In this document: in pieces, positions 1 to 12,660 of the stretch
How positions within the stretch are numbered: the first letter of the stretch is position 1
Layout of the letters: each line of letters opens with the position of its first letter
NCBI GenBank assembly: GCA_951406725.2
Contig: OX597831.1
Location: 68,882,001 to 68,946,000, forward strand
Length of the DNA stretch: 64,000 nucleotides
Origin: Octopus vulgaris
Lineage: Eukaryota
Reading direction: 5' to 3'
Notes under the pieces: model-generated
Databases searched by the model: none
What the model saw: only the letters and a program-made list of their open reading frames with translations
What the model was told of the DNA's origin: nothing
Translations under genes and position numbers: made by a program

Positions 1-1
1 T

Positions 2-135
2 CTATTTATGGACATCCTCCTGAAACCCTTCCTTAAACATATCAATAGCCATATCAGAGATGACTTAGATATGTTAAACCACCTTCCAAAAAAAGCCAAG
101 GAAGAAACAATCCTGGTTTCATTTGAGGTGATAGC
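2..135 (+). pseudogene. Penelope-like element reverse transcriptase fragment
   Basis: Frame 2 reads LFMDILLKPFLKHINSHIRDDLDMLNHLPKKAKEETILVSFEV, matching the PLE RT pattern D..L.P......IKD..D.L..L....LVSFDV; a stop follows. Confidence 0.7.
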
Positions 136-380
136 AAGAAGGTCATTGATACGTAAGTAGAAGAGTTTGGACAAACTGAACATTGGGATGTATCTGATTT
201 GATAAAGTGGAAGTTAGAGAGATCTTTATCAGTATGCAATATGATTGTATTATCAGATAAGAAGCCACTACTTTCTCAATGCCGAGTGCTTCCTAGTAAG
301 AGACATGAGAGAATAGTTCACCAATGGATCTTTGGTAAGCTGTGATATATAGAACAACACTTGCTCTACCATCAGTACAT

Positions 381-504
381 CTTATACACACACGCACCTC
401 TGTGTTGGGGGCTCCTTCGTATTGGAGGTCATCTTGACCTTTTTATCTCCCCTACTTCCCCTCTCCCGTTGACCATTCTGTCCGAAGTCAGATGCCATGA
501 AAGA
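381..504 (+). mobile_element. PLE terminal repeat (pLTR) fragment, copy 1
   Basis: About 125-bp near-identical direct repeat of 1200-1324. Confidence 0.65.
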
Positions 505-748
505 TGTATGTGTGTGTGTGTGTGCATGTGTGTATTTGCATATCTGTGTTTGTCCCCCCACCACCATCACTTGACAACCGATGTTGGTGTGTTTGCATCC
601 CCGTAACTTAGTGGTTCGGCAAAACCAACTGATAGAATAAGTACTAGGCTAACAAAGAGTAAGTCCTGAGATCAATTTGTTCAACTAAAGGCAGTAGCTC
701 CAGCATGGCCACAGTCAAATGACTGAAACAAGAAAAGAAAGAAAGAAT
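505..748 (+). mobile_element. SINE family A (octopus tRNA-derived, OK/Twhin-like), 3' half
   Basis: Shared 3' motif gatagaataagtact...ccagcatggccacagtcaaatgactgaaacaag. Confidence 0.85.
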
Positions 749-939
749 ATTGTGATGGTCATATTTTGGCTAATTAACCACAGACACCAAACAGTTGGTC
801 TTCACTTCAGCTTTTGTTATTAGTCTTATTTTAGTGTTTTTGTCTAAAGTCTTTCGTCACACATCCTGTGACCTCTTCTGAACAATAACAAAGCTGAAGT
901 GAAAACTGAGTAAATAGTGTGTGTGGTTAATTGGCACAA

Positions 940-1510
940 ATACGACCATCCCTGAAATACAACAATATCTGTTTCAATACATGATTTTACATCAGGAATC
1001 TTGCAAAACAAATACATTAATACGCCTCCCCCACCTCCCCACAACACCACATCACACCACACTACACTACACCATACAACATTACACATCACATCACAAC
1101 ACACCACCCACACACCCATCCCCACATCTTTACACCTACACATACATACACATACACGTCCAGACCACCAGCCCTCTTTCACACGCACATACATACTCTC
1201 TTATACACACACGCACCTTTGTGTTGGGGGCTCCTTCGTATTGGAGGTCATCTTGACCTTTTTATCTCCCCTACTTCCCCTCTCCCGTTGACCATTCTGT
1301 CCGAAGTCAGACGCCATGAAAGATCGTTAGCTACTACACATATTTTTTTTCTCTCCTTGTTTCTCTCCTTATTTTTTCTGTGTATCTTTCTGTCGAAGAG
1401 CGTAGGCTCGAAACGTAAAAGACTTTTTCTATTCCTGAGTGCTATACTAATACAACTGTTTGTTTTGTACACCACCTGTCTTTGTCTTTTGTTTTTTTTG
1501 TAAACTCTCC

Positions 1511-1512
<2 letters not shown>
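940..1512 (+). mobile_element. PLE pLTR, copy 2, containing a hammerhead motif
   Basis: Repeat of 381-504, then the HHR, ending aaactctccc into (TA)n; same family at 10690-10897(-) and 57996-58538(+). Left boundary uncertain. Confidence 0.65.
1385..1423 (+). ncRNA. Minimal type I hammerhead ribozyme motif (variant core CUGUCGA)
   Basis: tcttt-CTGTCGA-A-GAGC(gtag)GCTC-GAAA-CGTA-aaaga; stems I and II pair; palindromic ACGT in place of stem III. Confidence 0.6.
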
Positions 1513-1548
<36 letters not shown>

Positions 1549-1574
1549 TATTTTCATAAAGTTGAAAAAATCTT

Positions 1575-1623
1575 CACAACTGTTTCTCAGTGTTTCATGT
1601 GACCATTCATCAGACAGTTTGTG
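1575..1623 (-). ncRNA. Degenerate type I hammerhead motif
   Basis: Minus strand: cacaaactgt-CTGATGA-ATG(gtca)CAT-GAAA-cactgagaa-acagttgtg; core and stem I intact, NUH triplet mutated. Confidence 0.5.
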
Positions 1624-1997
1624 AAGTTCATTTTGCTTTAATTAAAATACTCTACTCTGTCCACTTTTGGTATTCAAGTACTATTCTTTCTATCTTGTTT
1701 TGTACTTATGTGCTTACTTCTGTGTGTGTGTGAACTAATTATGTAAGCCTTATCGAGTGGGGGAAAAAGATGTGACCTATACATAGCACTTTACCAAACA
1801 TTTACATCAAAACGCAGATTAATTAATATGACATGAGTAAATATTTACACAAACATGATAGGATCTTACAAGATATAGGAATAATTCTAGATAGTCAATG
1901 CCCCAGCAACAATTGAGCTTGATAAACAAATAGAATAACATAACCTAAACATAAAAATATTTAATAATCACCATTAATAAAAACAAATACTCTATCC

Positions 1998-2398
1998 AAT
2001 CATCATCATCGTTTAACGTCTGTTTTCCTTCTAGAACGGGTTGGACAATTCGACTGGGGTCTGGGAAGCCAGGAGGCTGCACCAGGCTCCAGTCTGATCT
2101 GGCAGTGTTTCTACAGCTGGATGCCCTTCCTAACGCCAACCACTGTATAACACAAATCATGAGCAGCCTAGCCAAAAAAAAAAAAAATGAATATAAACAA
2201 ACATGAAGCACTATACAGAGGAAGTCAAAAGCATAACACACACACATCATTGTTTCATCATCGTTTAGCATCTGCTTTCCATGCTAGCATGGGTTGGACG
2301 ATTTTGACTGAGGGCTGCATTTTGACGATTTTGACTGCACCAGGCTCCGATCTTGATTTTTGCAGAGTTTCTACTGCTGGATGCCCTTCGTAACGCCA
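1998..2398 (-). mobile_element. Two RTE-tail repeat fragments
   Basis: atcatcatcgtttaacgtc...gtttctacagctggatgcccttcctaacgcc at 1998-2145 and 2255-2398; the same tail follows RTE coding sequence at 5200-5520. Confidence 0.7.
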
Positions 2399-2721
2399 GA
2401 GCCTTGCAGAAGAAATATTCTCAATCTTGACTTATTTTTAGACCAGCCCCTAACTTTGGACAGCAACTGGAGGGACGTTGAGTCAGCAGCCACATCCTTA
2501 TAGACAACAGCACCCCAATTCTCACAGAACATTAGCAAAAATTTACTTCACTCTGTTCACTTTGAGGATGATCAGATGGATGGAGCCTGATGAAGCTGCG
2601 CCGACAATATTGTAAGGCTGCATTTGCAACAAGGGAATAACTGCTGCAGTGGAAACATGTGTAGGTCATTATAATATGCTGTATATAAGTATAAAATAAA
2701 TTTTGTGGATGTACAAGTCTC

Positions 2722-3159
2722 GGATCTTTTCGGTTTGAATGGCAGCTTTTTCTAGCGGTGTCATATGAAATTGTCACCCATAATTATGGCCCTAGTATCG
2801 ATCTATTGCATTTCAATCTATTTTAGGGTTAGAGTTAGAGTTAGGTTTACTTAGGGTTAGGGGTGGTGGAAGGGTATCTTTTTTTCTTCAGAAATGTAAA
2901 TAAACCCAATCTGTTTCTTAAATGAGGAACATATTCATATGCCACAGAATGTTTTCACCTCAATAGACGGTCATTGATTGGTTGAAATTGCAGAAATTGA
3001 AGAAAAAAAACAACAAATATCTTCCAAACTATAGAATTTTCTCAATAAAGCCAAGAGAAAAAGATGTTTTATAAACACATTCAACCAGTATACGAAGTTT
3101 AAAATTTTTTAGTTACCTAGAAATTATGTTAAAAACTGCCGTTCAAACCGAAAAGATCC
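2722..3159 (+). mobile_element. Merlin-like MITE with internal TTAGGG-type repeats
   Basis: TIR GGATCTTTTCGGTTTGAAyGGCAG at both ends; perfect 8-bp TSD CAAGTCTC. Confidence 0.85.
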
Positions 3160-3445
3160 CAAGTCTCCATACTCTTTGTTATTATTAATATTAATACATA
3201 CTCCAGATAATTTTTACCCCCCAGTGAAGAGTATACAGAATTACCCATGGAAAGAATTCACAAAGTGACTAACAACTAATTGTAGTCACAGACATTAAAT
3301 CATTAAATACTGATCATTGTGGTTAACCATTAACTGGAACTTAACTAAAAGCTAATACAGTGTCTGCCCAGGTAATATTACCCACCAAATTCACTTCTAC
3401 ATACATACATACATACATACATACATACCTACCTACCTACCTACC

Positions 3446-3520
<75 letters not shown>

Positions 3521-3521
3521 A

Positions 3522-3821
3522 TGGAAGCACTCCGTCGGTTACGACGACGAGGGTTCCGGTTGATCCGATCAACGGAACAGCCTGCTCGTGAAATTAATGT
3601 ACAGACACGTGTACCCTTAACATAGTTCTCGGGGATATTACAGCGTGACACAGAGAGTGACAAGGCCGGCCCTTTGAAATACAGGTACAACAGAAACAGG
3701 AAGTAAGAGTGAGAGAAAGTTGTGGTGAAAGAGTACAGCAGGGATCACCACCATCCCTGCCGGAGCCTCGTGGAGCTTTTAGGTGTTTTCGCTCAATAAA
3801 CACTCACAACGCCCGGTCTGG

Positions 3822-3825
<4 letters not shown>
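3522..3825 (-). mobile_element. SINE family D (OR1-like), 5'-truncated
   Basis: Homologous to 25326-25880 and 35723-36020. Confidence 0.75.
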
Positions 3826-3852
<27 letters not shown>

Positions 3853-4072
3853 CTCTTTTACTCTTTCTCTTTTACTTGTTTCAGTCATTTGACTGCGGCC
3901 ATGCTGGAGTACCGCCTTTTAGTTGAGTAAATCGACCCCGGGACTTATTCTTTGTAAGCCTAGTACTTATTCTATCAGTCTCTTTTACTGAACCGCTAAG
4001 TTACAGGGACGTAAACAAACCACCATCGGTTGTCAAGCTATGGTGAGGGGACAAACACAGACACACAAACAT

Positions 4073-4119
<47 letters not shown>

Positions 4120-4285
4120 TACGATGGGCTTCTTCCAGTTTCCGTCTACCAAATCCACTCACAAGGCTTTGGTTGGCCCGAGGCTATAATAGAAGACACT
4201 TGCCCAAAGTGTCATGCAGTGGGACTGAACCCGGAACAATGTGGTTGGTAAACAAGCTACTCACCACACAGCCACTCCTGTGCCT
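3853..4285 (-). mobile_element. SINE family A, full length
   Basis: tRNA-like head (A box; B box ggttccgggttcagtccc), central (TA/CA)n, tail gtaaaagag. Confidence 0.9.
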
Positions 4286-4539
4286 ATATATATGCATATA
4301 CATATATATATATATATATATGTAAACAGGAAGTGAGAGACAGTAATATACGAATATTTCATAAGACACATTTGATATTTGATTGTGGTGTTCCTGTGTG
4401 GGTCTCAGCAACTTGAATACCCATTAAATTGTCAGTGATTCACTCAGTTTTGTTGATCCAAATGATGACAGCATCCATACACAGACTATAGGAGGGTGAT
4501 GTATGTTCATCAAGAAGAAAGGCAACAATGTGGGATTAG

Positions 4540-4702
4540 TCTTTTACTTGTTTCAGTCATTTGACCATGGCCATGCTGGAGCACCGCCTTTGAACAAATT
4601 GACATCAGGACTTATTTTTATACTGTTGGTGCCTTTTGCCAAACCACTAAGTTACGGAGAATTGAACACACCAACACTAATTGTTATGGGGAGACAAACA
4701 GG

Positions 4703-4779
<77 letters not shown>

Positions 4780-4945
4780 ACACACACATGTACGACAGGT
4801 TTCTTTCAGTTTCTGTCTACGAAATCCACTCATAAGGCTTTGGTCAGCCTAAGGCTATAGTAGAAGACATTTGCCCAAGGTGTCAAGCAGTAGGACTGAA
4901 CCTGGAACCATGTGGTTGGAAAGCAAGATCCTTACCACACAGAGA
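4540..4945 (-). mobile_element. SINE family A
   Basis: Same consensus with central (CA)n. Confidence 0.85.
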
Positions 4946-4974
4946 TAACTGTGCCTAGTGATGATTTATATTTA

Positions 4975-5525
4975 GTGTGCAAGAGAGATGACTGGTCATG
5001 AGTTGCATATGGATGAGAACAGCTGTGTGGAAAAGTGTCACACCCAAGCAGTAGAGGGAACCTGTGGAAGATGTAGACCCAGGAAGACCTGGGATGAGGT
5101 GGTGAAGCATGATCTTTGAATGTTGGGCCTCACGGAGGTGATGACAAGTGACTGAGACCTTTGGAGATATGCTGTACTTCAGAAGACCCGGCAAGCCAAG
5201 TGAGACCATAATTGTGGCCTAAGTCAGTGCAGCATAATCAGCCCATTTAAGAGGATCCTTTAATCATTGGGCCATAAACTGTGCTTGCAAAGACCTGTTG
5301 AGTCAAGTGAATTCATTATCATGGCCGATACCAGTACCACCTGACTGGCACCTATGCCAGTGGCACATAAAAAGCATCATTCAAGTGTGGTCGATGCCAG
5401 TACCGCCTGACTGACACTCCTGCTGGTGGCATGTAAAAAGCACCCGCTAAACTCTCGGAGTGGTTGGCGTCAGGAAAGGCATCCAGCTGTAGAAACCATG
5501 CCATTAAACGATGATGAGGATGATG
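4975..5525 (+). mobile_element. RTE-clade LINE 3' end plus 3' UTR
   Basis: Decayed frame ...MDENSCVEKCHTQAVEGTCGRCRPRKTWDEVVKHDL...DLWRYAV; (GAT)n tail. Confidence 0.8.
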
Positions 5526-5699
5526 ATGTTGATACATATATACAAATATTAAATGAAACTGAAATACTATTAACAACAAACTAAAAATTTATTTACATCA
5601 TAATATGATATACTATAAAAAGATATCATATAACATATGTGTACCCATACACACACACACATGCACACACACACACATATCCTTTATCTTCTTAATTTT

Positions 5700-6040
5700 A
5701 TCATCTATTTGTTTCAGTCATTGGACTGTGGCCATGCTAGGATACCAGCATGAAGGGTTTAGTCAAACAAATTGATCTCAGTACTTATTTTTGAGTCTGA
5801 TACTTATTTTATCACTCTCTTTTGCCAAACTCCTAAGTTAGGGGTATAAACAAACCAGCACTGGTTATTCAGTGGTGGTGGAGACAAACACTGAGACACA
5901 CACACACACACACACACAATGTGTTTCTACCCAGCTTCAGTCTACCAAATCCACTCATAAGACATTGGTTGGCTCAAGGCTATGGGAGAAGACACTTGCT
6001 GCACAGTGGGACTGAACCCAAAACCCTGTAATTGAAAACC
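5700..6040 (-). mobile_element. SINE family A, diverged
   Basis: Family consensus motifs. Confidence 0.8.
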
Positions 6041-6119
6041 ACAGAACAAGAAGCTATGGCCTTGCTGGAGCACCACCATTAGTGTGATAACTTGTTATTT
6101 TAAACTCATTTCCCAGCCT

Positions 6120-6660
6120 CCTCTCCAGAATTGATTCTGGTTAAGCAGTGTATTAGACAAAGCTTCCTTTCTTTACATTTTTCACTGTGATGTGAATTCG
6201 CATGGTATTTCAGATAAAAATTTTGTCTAAATGTCCTTCGAACACTTTCACATGTATGCCAAATAAATATCTGAGGATTTTTGACAAGATATTGAAAGCC
6301 TGTGGTCTCTTGAATCCTAATTTGAATCTTATTCTAGAAGGAGAGGGAGGGATCTTTGATACAATACTTTTTTGACGGGTTTTGTTTTTTGTCCTGCAGG
6401 ATTTCCATTGCATCTTCCTTATCAAGCAGGCTTAGTAGTGTTGTTAGTTTACTTGCTTTTGGTCTGACTATGTGACTGATTTTACTGGGTTACATGTCAA
6501 TACTTGACGTGCAGACCTTGACTAAACATCTCTTGAAGTAAAACTCTGATGTAACACCTACAACTTCATTTGTGATCAATGATGTAGGCTAGTTCTTCTT
6601 TTCAAGCAAATATATATAACATTGTTTAGAGAACAAGATTGACCCTGTGCAAGGCCTTTC
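6120..6660 (-). pseudogene. Decayed reading frame ending in a degenerate C2H2 zinc finger
   Basis: One minus frame with 3 stops in about 180 codons, containing TCESVRRTFRQNFYLKYHANSHHSEK (C-x2-V-x3-F-x5-L-x2-H-x3-H). Confidence 0.3.
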
Positions 6661-6979
6661 ATCATTAAAAAAAAAACAAAAAAACTCCAGACACAAGTAT
6701 TTCTTGAATGTTAATACCTCTGTTATGTGTTGTGTGCTATAGCTGGCTGTAGCCACAGAAAAAGCAAAACGCTCAATGAAAAATTCTATTGAAAGTATAA
6801 AACGTGTGTAGTTACCTACTAGGCCTGAAAAAAAAGCCGCATTTGTGCTACTTTAAGAGATCAATCGAGTGATAGGTATTGCTTGGAATTGAGTTACAGC
6901 CATCATATGTGTGCATGCATGCATGTGTGTGTGTGTGTGTGTGTGTGCATGTGTGCATGCATGCGTGTGTGTATAGCTT

Positions 6980-7266
6980 TTATCTTTCACTTGTTTCAGT
7001 TACTAGACTGTGGCCATGCTGGAGCACCGCCTCGAATAAATTTTAGTCGAACAAATTGACACCAGTACTTGTTTCTCTTTTTTGCCTGATACTTCTTCTG
7101 TCGGTCTCTTTTGCCAAACCACAAAGCTACAGGGATGCAAACACCCAAAAGCCATTGTCAAGCAGTAGTGGGGGACAAACACAGGCACAAAGACATGCAT
7201 ACACACACACACACACACACATTGTATATATATATAAATATATATATATAAATATATATATATAAA

Positions 7267-7362
<96 letters not shown>

Positions 7363-7603
7363 TGTGTGTGTGTGGAGGCATGTGGCTTAGTGGTTAGGGT
7401 GTTGAACTCATGATCATAAGGTTGTGGTTTCGGTTCCTGGACCGGGCGATGCATTGTATTCTTGAGCAAAACACTTCATTTTCACGTTGCTCCAGTTCAC
7501 TCAGCTGGCAAAAATGAGTAATCCTGCGATGGAGTGGCGTCCCATCCAGGTGGGGAATTTCTACGCCACTGAAACTTATGAGCCTGGTATGGCTCGAGAA
7601 GGA

Positions 7604-7653
<50 letters not shown>

Positions 7654-7825
7654 ACATATGACATGTTTTTTGCAGTTTCCTTCAACCAAACCCACTGATA
7701 AGGCTTTGATTGGCCTGGGGCTACAGTACAAAATGCCCTAGATGCTTCCAAGATGCCTTGCAGTGAGACTGAACCCAGAACCATGTGATTGGGAACCAAA
7801 CTTCTTAACACGCAACAGCCCCACA
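6980..7825 (-). mobile_element. SINE family A split by a nested family C SINE
   Basis: 3' half 6980-7220 and 5' half 7655-7825. Confidence 0.8.
7374..7604 (+). mobile_element. SINE family C (CORE-like tRNA SINE)
   Basis: ggaggcatgtggcttagtggttaggg...ggtttcggttcc...ttcttgagcaaaacactt; homolog at 53894-54149(-). Confidence 0.8.
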
Positions 7826-8479
7826 TAAAAATTTACGTTTATGTGTGTGCATGCGTGTATGTGTGTGCGTGTGTATACATTCATTTATGTGTGTGCCTCT
7901 AGCATGTATGTTTTATTGTTTGTGTACATATATTGTAAGTGTGCTTGTGTGTATATATGTATATGTATGTGTCTATTATAAAGATTCTTCTTACCCTATT
8001 TTCTGCTTTATATTGAATGGTGTTGTTCTGTATCAGGAATTGTGATCGGTTTTCAAGACAATGTCAATTGTAACAGAGCTGCTGTAAGAAATATATGCTA
8101 TAATTCATAAATCTTTTATATCAATCTTCGTATAGTATTTGTATCTCCACTGAAATGTAGGCAAAATTTCTGATATCATAGATGAGGAATTTACAGAATT
8201 TTATTGGTTGAAAGAAAAATAGAGTGGAGTTTGTATTAGGTGCTGCAAATATTGACTTATTTGTGTATCATAATGCAACTTACTTTTACTGCTTATATAA
8301 GTTGTATCAACCTCATTGTAAAACCTATTTAACTTGTGAGATAACAAGTGCATCTCTACACAATTCCTCTATATGCAAGAAATAGCAACCTATTTCTCTC
8401 AACTTCGCCAATATCAACTTGAGAAATGGGAGACTCATCAGGCAGTGTAATTCTCATTTTATAAGATGAGATGGTCATC

Positions 8480-8745
8480 ATCATCATTCATCATTGTTCG
8501 ACCGTGGTCGAGACAATGGAATTTACCATGCTACACCAGACTTCACGGTCCATCATGGCATTACGGAGGTCCTGTTGCTGGATGCCTGTATCCCTGGAGA
8601 TTACATCAGGGTAGGAGAGTGTGCACCTTCTGGTATTGTGAGTAGATGGCTTCCAGAGGAGAAGAGTAGAAATTGCCTCTTTTTCAGCTCTACAACAATG
8701 TCCAGCAAACTGGACTCTCTTACCTTTCACAAGAGATGGTCATAG
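8480..8745 (-). mobile_element. RTE-like LINE 3' end
   Basis: RVQFAGHCCRA...LLLWKP...YPDVISRDTG...AMMDREVW followed by a (GAT)n tail. Confidence 0.75.
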
Positions 8746-9459
8746 CCGGAATGCCTTTGTTCATGAGTTAGCTCTGTTGTGGTTGACATAAGATTAAAAA
8801 GCATTAACACCTTATTTTAGAATTGTGTAGACTATGTCATGGAAGCGATGACTTTGATTAAACTCTATACAGAATTAGCAATGGAAAATGAACCATTAAC
8901 ACTTTAGTTGAACACTATTATGTACCCTTCCAACAGAAGGATAAGCTAGAGCATAACGAACTACAGATTATGGTAACTTCAACAATTAAAGGTGCTTTTT
9001 ATAACAGTGATATTTACCACATTTTTGTACAGATTCAATCAATAATAGTTGATGTTTTATATATTGCTTACAGGTATTCTTTACCTACACATATTTCAAA
9101 TTGAAAGACTCAATAGAGTAATTTAACACTCTATCAAGATGAATTTTTCATCACTGATCAATGTGCTCTGTATTGTGTCTGTGCTAAGATGCTTAATTCT
9201 CATGTCTGAATTTCTCTGATGAACTGTTATGATAATAACTATTATGTCAATAATTTAAAATTCCTTGACTGTCTAAGCTTATCTTTCATATTTCTTAGTA
9301 GTTAGTTGCTAGTCCAATGCTCAGGGGTTTAGAATGTTGGAGCCTTGTGTTTTAAGTATCAATATTTGGAGTTCAAGTCTAACCTCAGGTAATGTTTATT
9401 AGTGGCTTCAATGCAATATTCATTATAGTATCATCATCATCATTGTGATCAAGATTGCC

Positions 9460-10009
9460 AGTGGTGGCAACAGTGGCAGTGATGGCAGCAGTGGTGGTAG
9501 TGGTAGTGGTGGTGGCAGTGGTGGTGGTAGAGGTAGTGGTGGTGGTAGTGGTAGTGGTAGAGGTAGTGGTGGTGGCAGTGGTGGTGGTAGAGGTAGTGGT
9601 GGTGGCAGTGGTGGTTTTAGAGGTACTTTTTATGCTGGAATAAGCCGGATGGATTATTACATTCAGTTCTTACTGGGAGCTATTATCCTTTAAAGGTGGG
9701 TAGTGGTGGTAGCAGTGGTTCCCTGATGTGTTTAAATTTTCTAATAGTTTCTACAGCTGGATGCCCTTCCTTCCTAACACCAGCCACTTTATAAAGTGTA
9801 TTGAGTGCACTTTATCATGATACTAGAACTTGAAAAGTCAAAACATACAGTAAAACATTAAAGAAAAAAACAGAAAAATGTTACCTCAGTTGAGTTTGAA
9901 CTCAGAATGTAAACCAATGGTGGTGGTAGAGGTAGTGGTAGAGGTAGTGGTGGTGGCAGTGGTGGTGGTAGAGGTAGTGGTGGTGGCAGTGGTGGTGGTA
10001 GAGGTAGTG

Positions 10010-10047
<38 letters not shown>

Positions 10048-10086
10048 TATGGTGGTGGTGGTGATGGTTGTGGTAGTGGTGGTGAT
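9460..10086. repeat. Two (GGT/AGT)n trinucleotide tracts
   Basis: 9460-9616 and 9918-10086. Confidence 0.9.
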
Positions 10087-10689
10087 GAAAACAGATTGTA
10101 ATAATGATGATGATAATGATTCAACAGTAACTAAATGTACTAAATGACCTGTCTTCAGGGGTAACACAATTTTGTAATTTGTAACACAATTGGTGAGTCA
10201 CTAGACTCCCAAGTAGCTTCACAGTTAGACATCCTTTTTTATTAACCACTTGACAATGGGAGTGGAATAGAACTCACACAGATCCAGACAAGCAATGTTC
10301 TGAAATTCAATAGAGTGACTGAAGTAAGTTAGTGTTCTAGTACCATGTTAGTTTGTCCCTGAATATCAACTCTGAAAAGTATATCAATGAGTTAGTTAAC
10401 GGATCTTTTCAGTCTGAAGCACGGATTTTCTAATTAACTTTTCTAACTAAACACTTTGAAACTTTGGATATTGGTTGAATGTGTCACGTAGAATAGGGTT
10501 TATTCTTAATGTTTTTGACAAAAGTTTGTATTTTAGAAGTTATTTCGTGTTAAATTTGTTGTGTTTGGGTAATTTTAACCAATCAATGATGTGTACTCAG
10601 CTGAAGAAAGTTACTGCTGCTGTTTGTGAACAACAACTTCCGGGTCCATTAACAAAATGAATCTTCAACAACAGAAAAATTTAAACATA

Positions 10690-10897
10690 TATATATATAC
10701 AAAATGGGAAAGTTTACGAAAATAAACAAAAGACGAAGGCAGGTGGAGTACAAACAAACAAATGTATTAGTATAGCGCACAGGAATAGAAATAGAAAAAG
10801 TCTTTTACGTTTCGAGCCTACGTTTTTCAACAGAAAGATACACAGAAAAAAACAAGGAGAGAAAAAAAATGCGTGTAGGAGCTAACGATCTATCATG
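10690..10897 (-). mobile_element. PLE pLTR with hammerhead motif at 10801-10838
   Basis: Reverse complement of 1315-1512. Confidence 0.7.
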
Positions 10898-10909
10898 GTA
10901 TATACTTAC

Positions 10910-10934
<25 letters not shown>

Positions 10935-10940
<6 letters not shown>

Positions 10941-12625
10941 GTTAATCCAAACGGGAAAACAGAAAAAACAACAACACGTGGAACAATTACAGTATTATTA
11001 TTATTAGGCGCTCAGGAAAATGGAAGAAGGAGGGTATGACGTTTCGAGCGGAGCTCTTTCGGAAACATAGCTGAGAAGAAGAGAACGTAGCGCCAGGAAA
11101 TGGAAGAAGGAGGGATGCGTTTGAGCGGAGCTCTTCGTCGGAAACATAGGAGAAAGAAAGATCCCGAGACGGGAGGACAGAGGAAAAAAATTGCAGGTAG
11201 TCTTCACGAGGTCACATACTGAAAAGACGGAAGTGGTAAAAAAGGAGGAAAAGGTTTTTTAAAAACAGGAGAGCTGAATCAAAGAGGGAATGGTAAAAAA
11301 GGTGTGCGAGAAAACGAGGGTGTGTGTGTGAGTGTGTGCGTGTGTGTGTATGTGTGTGTATGGTGGACAGTGGCTAGTAGCAGGCAGTAGTAGAATTAAA
11401 GGAGTGTGTGGGGGTACCCTAGCAAGTCAGAAAGGCAGATCAGAAACAGGGAGGTATGTGTGTGTGCGTGTGTATGTATGTGTGAGTGTGTGCGCGTGCG
11501 TGTGTGTATGTGTGTGTGAGGCGAGATAAAAAAAAACAAAAAATATGTATATGTTAGTGCATGCAGGGCGAACAGATGACATAGCAAGTCTCGAGTGAGT
11601 GGTCAGTGGTAAAAAAAAGGGAGGAAGGAGAGAAGAAGGGAAGGAGGGAAAGGGTGGGGGCGTATGTAACGTGCCAGTGTGTGTGTAGAGTGGTAGTGTG
11701 TCCAGTGTGCGTAGTTGTGTGTATGGCAAGTAAATTTGAAGTGTGTGTAAGTGTAATGTATATATATATGCAAATGTGTGTGTGTGAGTGGGTGTGTGTA
11801 TGTGTGTGCGTGTGTGTACAAAGAGGGGGGGTAGGAAAAAAACTGCAGCGGAGGGGGGGGAAGGGGAAGATGGAAGAGTGGTCCCGCGGCGACAGGCGTG
11901 GGAGAACCCAAAAACACGCGCCGGCCCCAGATACGTACAGGAGATCTAGTTGGTCAACCACGAGCATGGTGCATGCATGCGTGTATGCGTGCGCGAACGT
12001 GCACAAGCGTGTATGTGCGCGCGCCTGCGAGTGTGTGTGTAAGTATGTATGTGTGTGGATGTGTGAGTGTGTCTGTGTGTAAGTCTGGGTGTCAGTGTGT
12101 CCGATGAATGTATGTAAGTATGTGTGTGTATATGTGTGTATATAGATGTATGTCCGTGTGTGTGTGTGTGTGTATGTGTATGAGTGTGTATGTATGTACG
12201 TGTGTGTGTGTGGAAGTGTGTGTAGGTGCATGTGTATGCACGTACATGCAGGTGTGTGAGTGAGTGTGTGTGTGTGTATGTATGTGTGAGTGTGTATGTC
12301 TGTGTGTGTAGGATGCATGTATGTGTATGGGTGTATGTATGTGTGTGTGTGTGTATGTATGTGTATGTGTACGTGCGTGTGTGTGTATGCATGTATGCAT
12401 GTATGCGTATGCATGTGCATATGTGTGTGTGTGTGTGTGTGCATGTGTGTAGGTATATATGTATGTGCGTATATGTATGTGTATGTGCGTACATGTGTGT
12501 GTGTATGCATGTGTGTGTATGTAGGTGTGTAGGCGTGTGTGTATAGGTGTATGTATGTAAGTATGTATGGGTGTGTCCGTGTGTGTGTGTGTGTATGCAT
12601 GTGTGTGTATGTAGGTGTGTGGGCG

Positions 12626-12660
<35 letters not shown>

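Noticed and set aside
9445-9693. Gly/Ser-rich ORF
   Set aside because: (GGT)n microsatellite
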